Assembly: GCA_002269645.1 (NCBI GenBank)
Contig: NIVC01000612.1
Coordinates: 1 to 64,000, forward strand
Direction of reading: 5' to 3'
Origin: Macrostomum lignano
Lineage: Eukaryota
Length of the DNA stretch: 64,000 nucleotides
Under the pieces are notes generated by a model. That model was not told the DNA's origin and made no database searches. It saw nothing but the letters and a program-made list of their open reading frames with translations. Shown here piece by piece: positions 48,562 through 61,800 of this stretch. The position numbers were made by a program, and so were the translations under genes. How positions within the stretch are numbered: position 1 is the first letter of the stretch; every line of letters begins with the position of its first letter.

Positions 48562-51500
48562 TTGAATATTTTCTATTTTTACCTCTTCTAATTGCATAAT
48601 ACTCTGCTATCTTAATACTGTCTTAAGAAACCGCCCCAAACACTTTGAGAATCTGCCCTAAACCGTCCCTGAGCCACCATGAGAACCGTCCCTGAACCAC
48701 CATGAGAATCGTCCCTGAACCACCATGAGAATCGTCCCTGAACCACCATGAGAATCGTCCCTGAACCACCATGAGAACCGTCCCTGAACCACCATGAGAA
48801 TCGTCCCTGAACCACCATGAGAATCGTCCCTGAACCATGAGAATCGTCCCTGAACCATGAGAATCGTCCCTGAACCACCATGAGAATCGTCACTGAACCA
48901 CCATGAGAATCGTCCCTGAACCACCATGAGAATCGTCCCTGAACCATGAGAATCGTCCCTAAACCACCATGAGAATCGTCCCTAAACCACCATGAGAATC
49001 GTCACTGAACCACCATGAGAATCGTCACTGAACCACCATGAGAATCGTCCCTGAAACACCATGAGAATCGTCCCTGAACCACCATGAGAATCGTCCCTGA
49101 AACACCATGAGAATCGTCCCTAAACCATGAGAATCGTCCCTGAAACACCATGAGAATCGTCCCTGAACCACCATGAGAATCGTCCCTAAACCATGAGAAT
49201 CGTCCCTAAACCACCATGAGAATCGTCCCTAAACCATGAGAATCGTCCCTAAACCATGAGAATCGTCCCTAAACCATGAGAATCGTCACTGAACCACCAT
49301 GAGAATCGTCACTGAACCACCATGAGAATCGTCCCTGAACCACCATGAGAATCGTCCCTGAACCACCATGAGAATCGTCCCTAAACCATGAGAATCGTCC
49401 CTGAATCACCATGAGAATCGTCCCTGAACCACCATGAGAATCGTCCCTGAACCACCATGAGAATCGTCCCTGAACCATGAGAATCGTCCCTAAACCATGA
49501 GAATCGTCCCTAAACCATGAGAATCGTCCCTAAACCATGAGAATCGTCCCTAAACCATGAGAATCGTCACTGAACCACCATGAGAATCGTCCCTGAACCA
49601 CCATGAGAATCGTCCCTGAACCACCATGAGAATCGTCCCTGAACCATGAGAATCGTCCCTAAACCACCATGAGAATCGTCACTGAACCACCATGAGAATC
49701 CTCACTGAACCACCATGAGAATCGTCCCTGAACCATGAGAATCGTCCCTGAACCACCATGAGAATCGTCCCTGAATCATCATGAGAATCGTCCCTGAACC
49801 ACCATGAGAATCGTCCCTGAACCACCATGAGAATCGTCCCTGAACCATGAGAATCGTCCCTGAACCACCATGAGAATCGTCCCTGAACCACCATGAGAAT
49901 CGTCCCTGAACCATGAGAATCGTCCCTGAACCACCATGAGAATCGTCCCTGAACCACCATGAGAATCGTCCCTGAACCATGAGAATCGTCCCTAAACCAT
50001 GAGAATCGTCCCTAAACCATGAGAATCTTCCCTGAACCATTGAATATTTTCTATTTTTACCTCTTCTAATTGCATAATACTCTGCTATCTTAATACTGTC
50101 TTAAGAAACCGCCCCAAACTCTTTGAGAATCTGCCCTAAACCCCCATGAAAATCGTCCCTGAATCATCATGAGAATCGTCCCTGAACCACCATGAGAATC
50201 GTCCCTAAACCACCATGAGAATCGTCCGTAAACCACCATGAGAACCGTCCATAAACCATGAGAATCGTCCCTGAACCACCATGAGAATCGTCCCTGAACC
50301 ACCATGAGAATCGTCCCTGAACCACCATGAGAATCGTCCCTGAACCACCATGAGAATCGTCCCTGAACCACCATGAGAATCGTCCCTAAACCACCATGAG
50401 AACCGTCCATAAACCATGAGAATCGTCCCTGAACCACCATGAGAATCGTCCCTGAACCACCATGAGAATCGTCCCTGAACCACCATGAGAATCGTCCCTG
50501 AACCACCATGAGAATCGTCCCTGAACCACCATGAGAACCGTCCCTGAACCACCATGAGAATCGTCCCTGAATCACCATGAGAATCGTCCCTGAATCATCA
50601 TGAGAATCGTCCCTGAACCACCATGAGAATCGTCACTGAACCACCATGAGAATCGTCCCTGAACCACCATGAGAATCGTCCCTGAACCATGAGAATCGTC
50701 CCTGAACCACCATGAGAATCGTCCCTGAACCACCATGAGAATCGTCCCTGAATCATCATGAGAATCGTCCCTGAACCACCATGAGAACCGTCCCTGAACC
50801 ATGAGAATCGTCCCTGAACCATGAGAATCGTCCCTGAACCACCATGAGAATCGTCCCTGAAACACCATGAGAATCGTCCCTGAACCATGAGAATCGTCCC
50901 TGAACCATGAGAATCGTCCCTGAACCACCATGAGAATCGTCACTGAACCACCATGAGAATCGTCCCTGAACCACCATGAGAATCGTCCCTGAACCATGAG
51001 AATCGTCCCTAAACCACCATGAGAATCGTCCCTAAACTACCATGAGAATCGTCACTGAACCACCATGAGAATCGTCACTGAACCACCATGAGAATCGTCC
51101 CTGAAACACCATGAGAATCGTCCCTGAACCACCATGAGAATCGTCCCTGAAACACCATGAGAATCGTCCCTAAACCATGAGAATCGTCCCTGAAACACCA
51201 TGAGAATCGTCCCTGAACCACCATGAGAATCGTCCCTAAACCATGAGAATCGTCCCTAAACCACCATGAGAATCGTCCCTAAACCATGAGAATCGTCCCT
51301 AAACCATGAGAATCGTCCCTAAACCATGAGAATCGTCACTGAACCACCATGAGAATCGTCACGGAACCACCATGAGAATCGTCCCTGAACCACCATGAGA
51401 ATCGTCCCTGAACCACCATGAGAATCGTCCCTAAACCATGAGAATCGTCCCTGAAACACCATGAGAATCGTCCCTGAACCACCATGAGAATCGTCCCTAA

Positions 51501-54500
51501 ACCATGAGAATCGTCCCTAAACCACAATGAGAATCGTCCCTAAACCATGAGAATCGTCCCTAAACCATGAGAATCGTCACTGAACCACCATGAGAATCGT
51601 CACTGAACCACCATGAGAATCGTCCCTGAACCACCATGAGAATCGTCCCTGAACCACCATGAGAATCGTCCCTGAACCATGAGAATCGTCCCTAAACCAC
51701 CATGAGAATCGTCACTGAACCACCATGAGAATCCTCACTGAACCACCATGAGAATCGTCCCTGAACCATGAGAATCGTCCCTGAACCACCATGAGAATCG
51801 TCCCTGAATCATCATGAGAATCGTCCCTGAACCACCATGAGAATCGTCCCTGAACCACCATGAGAATCGTCCCTGAACCATGAGAATCGTCCCTGAACCA
51901 CCATGAGAATCGTCCCTGAACCATGAGAATCGTCCCTGAATCACCATGAGAATCGTCCCTGAACCACCATGAGAATCGTCCCTGAACCACCATGAGAATC
52001 GTCCCTGAACCATGAGAATCGTCCCTAAACCATGAGAATCGTCCCTAAACCATGAGAATCGTCCCTAAACCATGAGAATCGTCCCTAAACCATGAGAATC
52101 GTCACTGAACCACCATGAGAATCGTCCCTGAACCACCATGAGAATCGTCCCTGAACCACCATGAGAATCGTCCCTGAACCATGAGAATCGTCCCTAAACC
52201 ACCATGAGAATCGTCACTGAACCACCATGAGAATCCTCACTGAACCACCATGAGAATCGTCCCTGAACCATGAGAATCGTCCCTGAACCACCATGAGAAT
52301 CGTCCCTGAATCATCATGAGAATCGTCCCTGAACCACCATGAGAATCGTCCCTGAACCACCATGAGAATCGTCCCTGAACCATGAGAATCGTCCCTGAAC
52401 CACCATGAGAATCGTCCCTGAACCACCATGAGAATCGTCCCTGAACCATGAGAATCGTCCCTGAACCACCATGAGAATCGTCCCTGAACCACCATGAGAA
52501 TCGTCCCTGAACCATGAGAATCGTCCCTAAACCATGAGAATCGTCCCTAAACCATGAGAATCTTCCCTGAACCATTGAATATTTTCTATTTTTACCTCTT
52601 CTAATTGCATAATACTCTGCTATCTTAATACTGTCTTAAGAAACCGCCCCAAACTCTTTGAGAATCTGCCCTAAACCCCCATGAAAATCGTCCCTGAATC
52701 ATCATGAGAATCGTCCCTGAACCACCATGAGAATCGTCCCTAAACCACCATGAGAATCGTCCGTAAACCACCATGAGAACCGTCCATAAACCATGAGAAT
52801 CGTCCCTGAACCACCATGAGAATCGTCCCTGAACCACCATGAGAATCGTCCCTGAACCACCATGAGAATCGTCCCTGAACCACCATGAGAATCGTCCCTG
52901 AACCACCATGAGAATCGTCCCTAAACCACCATGAGAACCGTCCATAAACCATGAGAATCGTCCCTGAACCACCATGAGAATCGTCCCTGAACCACCATGA
53001 GAATCGTCCCTGAACCACCATGAGAATCGTCCCTGAACCACCATGAGAATCGTCCCTGAACCACCATGAGAACCGTCCCTGAACCACCATGAGAATCGTC
53101 CCTGAATCACCATGAGAATCGTCCCTGAATCATCATGAGAATCGTCCCTGAACCACCATGAGAATCGTCACTGAACCACCATGAGAATCGTCCCTGAACC
53201 ACCATGAGAATCGTCCCTGAACCATGAGAATCGTCCCTGAACCACCATGAGAATCGTCCCTGAACCACCATGAGAATCGTCCCTGAATCATCATGAGAAT
53301 CGTCCCTGAACCACCATGAGAACCGTCCCTGAACCATGAGAATCGTCCCTGAACCATGAGAATCGTCCCTGAACCACCATGAGAATCGTCCCTGAAACAC
53401 CATGAGAATCGTCCCTGAACCATGAGAATCGTCCCTGAACCATGAGAATCGTCCCTGAACCACCATGAGAATCGTCACTGAACCACCATGAGAATCGTCC
53501 CTGAACCACCATGAGAATCGTCCCTGAACCATGAGAATCGTCCCTAAACCACCATGAGAATCGTCCCTAAACTACCATGAGAATCGTCACTGAACCACCA
53601 TGAGAATCGTCACTGAACCACCATGAGAATCGTCCCTGAAACACCATGAGAATCGTCCCTGAACCACCATGAGAATCGTCCCTGAAACACCATGAGAATC
53701 GTCCCTAAACCATGAGAATCGTCCCTGAAACACCATGAGAATCGTCCCTGAACCACCATGAGAATCGTCCCTAAACCATGAGAATCGTCCCTAAACCACC
53801 ATGAGAATCGTCCCTAAACCATGAGAATCGTCCCTAAACCATGAGAATCGTCCCTAAACCATGAGAATCGTCACTGAACCACCATGAGAATCGTCACGGA
53901 ACCACCATGAGAATCGTCCCTGAACCACCATGAGAATCGTCCCTGAACCACCATGAGAATCGTCCCTAAACCATGAGAATCGTCCCTGAAACACCATGAG
54001 AATCGTCCCTGAACCACCATGAGAATCGTCCCTAAACCATGAGAATCGTCCCTAAACCACCATGAGAATCGTCCCTAAACCATGAGAATCGTCCCTAAAC
54101 CATGAGAATCGTCACTGAACCACCATGAGAATCGTCACTGAACCACCATGAGAATCGTCCCTGAACCACCATGAGAATCGTCCCTGAACCACCATGAGAA
54201 TCGTCCCTGAACCATGAGAATCGTCCCTAAACCACCATGAGAATCGTCACTGAACCACCATGAGAATCCTCACTGAACCACCATGAGAATCGTCCCTGAA
54301 CCATGAGAATCGTCCCTGAACCACCATGAGAATCGTCCCTGAATCATCATGAGAATCGTCCCTGAACCACCATGAGAATCGTCCCTGAACCACCATGAGA
54401 ATCGTCCCTGAACCATGAGAATCGTCCCTGAACCACCATGAGAATCGTCCCTGAACCATGAGAATCGTCCCTGAATCATCATGAGAATCGTCCCTGAACC

Positions 54501-57500
54501 ACCATGAGAATCGTCCCTGAACCACCATGAGAATCGTCCCTGAACCATGAGAATCGTCCCTAAACCATGAGAATCGTCCCTAAACCATGAGAATCTTCCC
54601 TGAACCATTGAATATTTTCTATTTTTACCTCTTCTAATTGCATAATACTCTGCTATCTTAATACTGTCTTAAGAAACCGCCCCAAACTCTTTGAGAATCT
54701 GCCCTAAACCCCCATGAAAATCGTCCCTGAACCACCATGAGAATCGTCCCTGAACCACCATGAGAATCGTCCCTGAACCACCATGAGAATCGTCCCTGAA
54801 CCATGAGAATCGTCCCTAAACCACCATGAGAATCGTCCCTAAACCACCATGAGAATCGTCACTGAACCACCATGAGAATCGTCACTGAACCACCATGAGA
54901 ATCGTCCCTGAACCACCATGAGAATCGTCACTGAACCACCATGAGAATCGTCCCTAAACCACCATGAGAATCGTCCCTAAACCACCATGAGAATCGTCCC
55001 TGAACCACCATGAGAATCGTCCCTGAACCACCATGAGAATCGTCCCTGAACCACCATGAGAATCGTCCCTGAACCATGAGAATCGTCCCTAAACCACCAT
55101 GAGAATCGTCACTGAACCACCATGAGAATCCTCACTGAACCACCATGAGAATCGTCCCTGAACCATGAGAATCGTCCCTGAACCACCATGAGAATCGTCC
55201 CTGAATCATCATGAGAATCGTCCCTGAACCACCATGAGAATCGTCCCTGAACCACCATGAGAATCGTCCCTGAACCATGAGAATCGTCCCTGAACCACCA
55301 TGAGAATCGTCCCTGAACCACCATGAGAATCGTCCCTGAACCATGAGAATCGTCCCTGAACCACCATGAGAATCGTCCCTGAACCACCATGAGAATCGTC
55401 CCTGAACCATGAGAATCGTCCCTAAACCATGAGAATCGTCCCTAAACCATGAGAATCTTCCCTGAACCATTGAATATTTTCTATTTTTACCTCTTCTAAT
55501 TGCATAATACTCTGCTATCTTAATACTGTCTTAAGAAACCGCCCCAAACTCTTTGAGAATCTGCCCTAAACCCCCATGAAAATCGTCCCTGAACCACCAT
55601 GAGAATCGTCCCTGAACCACCATGAGAATCGTCCCTGAACCACCATGAGAATCGTCCCTGAACCATGAGAATCGTCCCTAAACCACCATGAGAATCGTCC
55701 CTGAACCACCATGAGAATCGTCCCTAAACCATGAGAATCGTCCCTAAACCACCATGAGAATCGTCCCTAAACCATGAGAATCGTCCCTAAACCATGAGAA
55801 TCGTCCCTAAACCATGAGAATCGTCCCTAAACCATGAGAATCGTCACTGAACCACCATGAGAATCGTCCCTGAACCACCATGAGAATCGTCCCTGAACCA
55901 CCATGAGAATCGTCCCTGAACCATGAGAATCGTCCCTAAACCACCATGAGAATCGTCACTGAACCACCATGAGAATCCTCACTGAACCACCATGAGAATC
56001 GTCCCTGAACCATGAGAATCGTCCCTGAACCACCATGAGAATCGTCCCTGAATCATCATGAGAATCGTCCCTGAACCACCATGAGAATCGTCCCTGAACC
56101 ACCATGAGAATCGTCCCTGAACCATGAGAATCGTCCCTGAACCACCATGAGAATCGTCCCTGAACCACCATGAGAATCGTCCCTGAACCATGAGAATCGT
56201 CCCTGAACCACCATGAGAATCGTCCCTGAACCACCATGAGAATCGTCCCTGAACCATGAGAATCGTCCCTAAACCATGAGAATCGTCCCTAAACCATGAG
56301 AATCTTCCCTGAACCATTGAATATTTTCTATTTTTACCTCTTCTAATTGCATAATACTCTGCTATCTTAATACTGTCTTAAGAAACCGCCCCAAACTCTT
56401 TGAGAATCTGCCCTAAACCCCCATGAAAATCGTCCCTGAATCATCATGAGAATCGTCCCTGAACCACCATGAGAATCGTCCCTAAACCACCATGAGAATC
56501 GTCCGTAAACCACCATGAGAACCGTCCATAAACCATGAGAATCGTCCCTGAACCACCATGAGAATCGTCCCTGAACCACCATGAGAATCGTCCCTGAACC
56601 ACCATGAGAATCGTCCCTGAACCACCATGAGAATCGTCCCTGAACCACCATGAGAACCGTCCCTGAACCACCATGAGAATCGTCCCTGAATCACCATGAG
56701 AATCGTCCCTGAATCATCATGAGAATCGTCCCTGAACCACCATGAGAATCGTCACTGAACCACCATGAGAATCGTCCCTGAACCACCATGAGAATCGTCC
56801 CTGAACCATGAGAATCGTCCCTGAACCACCATGAGAATCGTCCCTGAACCACCATGAGAATCGTCCCTGAATCATCATGAGAATCGTCCCTGAACCACCA
56901 TGAGAACCGTCCCTGAACCATGAGAATCGTCCCTGAACCATGAGAATCGTCCCTGAACCACCATGAGAATCGTCCCTGAAACACCATGAGAATCGTCCCT
57001 GAACCATGAGAATCGTCCCTGAACCATGAGAATCGTCCCTGAACCACCATGAGAATCGTCACTGAACCACCATGAGAATCGTCCCTGAACCACCATGAGA
57101 ATCGTCCCTGAACCATGAGAATCGTCCCTAAACCACCATGAGAATCGTCCCTAAACTACCATGAGAATCGTCACTGAACCACCATGAGAATCGTCACTGA
57201 ACCACCATGAGAATCGTCCCTGAAACACCATGAGAATCGTCCCTGAACCACCATGAGAATCGTCCCTGAAACACCATGAGAATCGTCCCTAAACCATGAG
57301 AATCGTCCCTGAAACACCATGAGAATCGTCCCTGAACCACCATGAGAATCGTCCCTAAACCATGAGAATCGTCCCTGAAACACCATGAGAATCGTCCCTG
57401 AACCATGAGAATCGTCCCTGAACCACCATGAGAATCGTCCCTGAACCACCATGAGAATCGTCCCTAAACCACCATGAGAATCGTCCCTAAACCACCATGA

Positions 57501-57925
57501 GAACCGTCCATAAACCATGAGAATCGTCCCTGAACCACCATGAGAATCGTCCCTGAAACACCATGAGAATCGTCCCTGAACCACCATGAGAATCGTCCCT
57601 GAAACACCATGAGAATCGTCCCTGAACCACCATGAGAATCGTCCCTGAACCACCATGAGAATCGTCCCTAAACCATGAGAATCGTCCCTGAAACACCATG
57701 AGAATCGTCCCTGAACCACCATGAGAATCGTCCCTAAACCATGAGAATCGTCCCTAAACCACCATGAGAATCGTCCCTGAACCACCATGAGAATCGTCCC
57801 TGAACCATGAGAATCGTCCCTGAACCATGAGAATCGTCCCTGAACCACCATGAGAATCGTCCCTGAACCACCATGAGAATCGTCCCTGAACCACAATGAA
57901 GATCATCTCTGAGCCACCATGAGAA
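48562..57925. repeat. 9.3-kb satellite of 18/21-bp units (CCATGAGAATCGTCCCTGAA[CCA])n with six copies of a 103-bp non-satellite segment
   Basis: Segment starts at 48562, 50040, 52575, 54608, 55470, 56317; identical spurious ORFs recur at fixed offsets (50090..50578 = 52625..53113). Confidence 0.98.
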
Positions 57926-58279
57926 TCCCCTTTGAAAACATTATGAAGCACAACACTGAAAATGAACTGAATGTACTACTGCACATGAAAATCTAGTAGC
58001 TGGTGATGCATATTTTGTTTTAGAATAGATTAGATGCGGCAACGAAAACTGCTTTTACTGCTTTTACTTACTTGACTTTTGCGCACTAAAAATAGTGCAG
58101 GGCTCTCTCTCGAGCAGGGAGTTAATAAATCTTCAAGTCAGGAGCAAAGAAGACTTATATGCAAATTTAGCCCTTGATCACACCTTGCTGGGAGACTTAT
58201 AAAGTCAAGATTGATCGCAGACTAAGATGAAAAAAAAGTTATTGTCAAAAGACGCTCGTAATTCGAACATCCTGCAATC

Positions 58280-58592
58280 TTCAGTTCAGTTCAGTTCAGT
58301 TCAGTTCAGTTCAGTTCAGTTCAGTTCAGTTCAGTTCAGTTCAGTTCAGTTCAGTTCAGTTCAGTTCAGTTCAGTTCAGTTCAGTTCAGTTCAGTTCAGT
58401 TCAGTTCAGTTCAGTTCAGTTTAGTTTAGTTTAGTTCAGTTTAGTTCAGTTCAGTTCAGTTCAGTTCAGTTCAGTTCAGTTCAGTTCAGTTTAGTTTAGT
58501 TCAGTTTAGTTCAGTTCAGTTCAGTTCAGTTCAGTTCAGTTCAGTTCAGTTCAGTTCAGTTCAGTTCAGTTCAGTTCAGTTCAGTTCAGTTC
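58280..58592. repeat. (TTCAG)n pentanucleotide microsatellite
   Basis: About 60 units with occasional TTTAG. Confidence 0.97.
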
Positions 58593-58761
58593 ATCTGTCC
58601 CTTCCTTCGCAATGTTTGGATTTAAATTTCTCTGTGGCCATTGGCTAGCTAGAGCAGGGAGGCTGAGGCGGTCGGGTCCGATCTCCATCAAAATAGATAC
58701 AAGACATCTAGACAGGAGCTCGCGAACGCGCCTTCATCGCTCATTTTCACCCAAGTCACAT

Positions 58762-58845
58762 ATCAATCAATCGATCAATCAATCAATCAATCAATCGATC
58801 GATCGATCAATCAATCAATCGATCAATCAGTCAATCAGTCAATCA
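58762..58845. repeat. (ATCA/ATCG)n microsatellite directly before the GPCR ATG
   Basis: Tetranucleotide run. Confidence 0.9.
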
Positions 58846-61800
58846 ATGGACGAGAAACTCCCGGACAGCGAGCGGCACCTCAGACTGGGCCTGCTGATTC
58901 TTTACGGCCTCGTTGGCGCGGTGGCCATCGCAGCCAATGCCGGTCTGGGGCTCGCCATCTGGCTCAGCCGCCTAGACCGTCAGCGGCCGAGGACGCAGGC
59001 TCTGCTAGCCAACCTCTGCCTGTGCGACCTCTGCATCAGCGCCGTCGTCCTGCCGGTCACCGCGTTGAGCTTCGCCGATCTGCGCTGGCACCTGGGCGCG
59101 GTACTCTGCCCGCTGGTCCAGTTCGCCAGCTGCTCCGTGATGTTCGCCTCGGTGTTCACCTTGGCCTCGGCCAGCCTGGTTGAAGGATTCGGGTTGGGAG
59201 ACAGTTTTGCCGCAGCAGCTGCGGCTGCAGGAACCAGCGGAGGCGGCAGCGTCGGCAATAGCAGCGGAGTCGAAGGCGGGGCTAGCAGCGGAGACGGGGG
59301 TTCCAGCAGATGGCATCGGTTTTGGAGCTCACGAGGGTGCGTGCGATGGTTTTTACCTGTTAGATAGGGGTGTCCAGGTGTGTACCTGTTAGATAGGGGT
59401 GTCCGGGTGTGTTACCTGTTGGATAAAGGTGTCCGGTGTGTTACCTGTTAGAAAAAGGTGTCCGGGTGTGTTACCTGTTAGAGGTGTCCGAGGGTGCTAC
59501 ATGTATCATGTTAGACAGATTGTGTAACCTATGAGACAATAGTCCCTGTACAATATCTCTCTGTAAAAGCTTAGCAGAAATCATTAACCAACGAATTTCA
59601 TTCGCAGTTTTGCCGGCATAAAATGGATCGCCTGTCTGTGGCTTCTGTCCGGGCTTTTTGCCGCCCCTAATGCGGTTAATTACCGAATCGAGTTTTGCAA
59701 CGACAGGTGTGTGTTTTAAGACACTTATAAATATGCAGCAACAGGCACGGCCCAAATGGAGTCCGGGGAGTGGGGTGGCTGTCCAAATGAAGCCCGGGGA
59801 GTGGGGTGGTTGTCCAACTGATGCCCGGGGAGTGGGGTGGTTGTCCAACTGACGCTCGATGAGTGGGCTGGCTGTCCAACTGATGCCCGGGGAGTGGGGT
59901 GGTTGTCCAACTGACGCTCGAGGAGTGGGCTGGCTGTCCAACTGATGCCCGGGGAGTGGGGTGGTTTTCCAACATACTTAAAGTGTCTCCCCCTGGTTAG
60001 TCTTATCCGCCTCAGAGCTACAATGGGCTTCTTTAGTCCTTTTTGAAATCCCTTCTTGATCAAGCAGAGTTTATTTATAGAAACAGAAGATGCAGAGGCA
60101 GCATGACTTTGATACTGCTTCTCGAGTTTCAAAGGAGAACTGAGAAAGGGAGTAAGTGAGAACAATGAAAAACAAATTAAAGTGAATCTGAGCCAGCTTA
60201 GTCGGGAAATTACGAGCTAAATCAGGATTTCTTCTGTATCGACTTCGAAAATTGACAAAAAAGGAATATTTTCTTAAACAAGTAGTCGGTGTCTAAATCA
60301 AGGGGATTTAGACTTAATCTTTACCTTTCCCTATCGGATCTACTCCCTCTATCGTTTAGCCGCTCCTTCTATCACTTATCCGCTCCCTCCATCACTTATC
60401 CACTTCCTCCATCACTTAGCCGCTCCCTCCATCACTTATCCACTCCCTCCATCACTTAGCCGCTCCCTCCATCACTTATCCGCTCCCTCCATCACTTATC
60501 CACTCCCTCCATCACTTATCCGCTCCCTCCATCACTTAGCCGCTCCCTCCATCACTTTTCCGCTCCCTCCATCACTTATCTACTCCCTCCATCACTTATC
60601 CGCTCCCTCCATCACTTAGCCGCTCCCTCCATCACTTAGCCGCTCCCTCCATCACTTATCCACTCCCTCCATCACTTATCCGCTCCCTCCATCACTTAGC
60701 CGCTCCCTCCATTACTTATCCGCTCCCTCAATCACTTATCCACTCCCTCCATCACTTAGCCGCTCCCTCCATCACTTATCCACTCCCTCCATCACTTATC
60801 CGCTCCCTCAATCACTTATCCACTCCCTCCATCACTTATCCGCTCCTTCCATCACTTATCCACTCCCTCCATCACTTATCCACTCTCTCCATCACTTATC
60901 CACTCTCTCCATCACTTATCCACTCTCTCCATCACTTATCCACTCTCTCCATCACTTATCCACTCTCTCCATCACTTATCCACTCCCTCCATCACTTATC
61001 CACTCCCTCCATCACTTATCCACTCCCTCCATCACTTATCCGCTCCCTCCATCACTTATCCACTCCCTCCATCACTTATCCACTCCCTCCATCACTTATC
61101 CACTCCCTCCATCACTTATCCACTCCCTCCATCACTTAGCCGCTCCCTCCATCACTTATCCACTCCCTCCATCACTTATCCGCTCCCTCCATCACTTATC
61201 CACTCCCTCCATCACTTATCCACTCCCTCCATCACTTATCCACTCCCTCCATCACTTATCCACTCCCTCCATCACTTAGCCGCTCCCTCCATCACTTATC
61301 CACTCCCTCCATCACTTATCCGCTCCCTCCATCACTTATCCACTCCCTCCATCACTTATCCACTCCCTCCATCACTTATCCACTCCCTCCATCACTTATC
61401 TACTCTCTCCATCACTTATCCGCTTAAACTGAAGCCTCAGTCACTGCAACTCGAGCTTAACCTGAAGCCCCAGTCACTGCAACTCCCGCTTAACCTGAAG
61501 CCCCAGTCACTGCAACTCCCGTTTAACCTGAAGCCCCAGTCACTGCAACTCCCGCTTAACCTGAAGCCTCAGTGACCGCAAATCCCGTCTCTTCCCTTCT
61601 CTTCTCTTCCCCTGTCCAGCAACCCGCACGCCACCTACGAGCTGACGCCCGCTGAAGAGTCGCAGAGCTGCCAGCTGTGCTCCGAGAGCTGGAGCCGCAG
61701 TCTCCGCCTGCTCGGCCTGCAGGCCAACCGCAGCAACGAAGACGCCGCTCGAAGCGGCTACGCCTCCCTAACTGCCGTCTGCCTGCTGCTGCTGCCCACA

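Noticed and set aside
48562-57925. CRISPR-like repeat/spacer appearance
   Set aside because: Monomers are directly adjacent, the interspersed segments are identical rather than unique, there are no cas genes and the context is eukaryotic
58846-61700. GPCR apparently missing TM4 (6-TM receptor)
   Set aside because: TM4 is encoded by a 99-nt exon at 59608-59706 not listed in the ORF track
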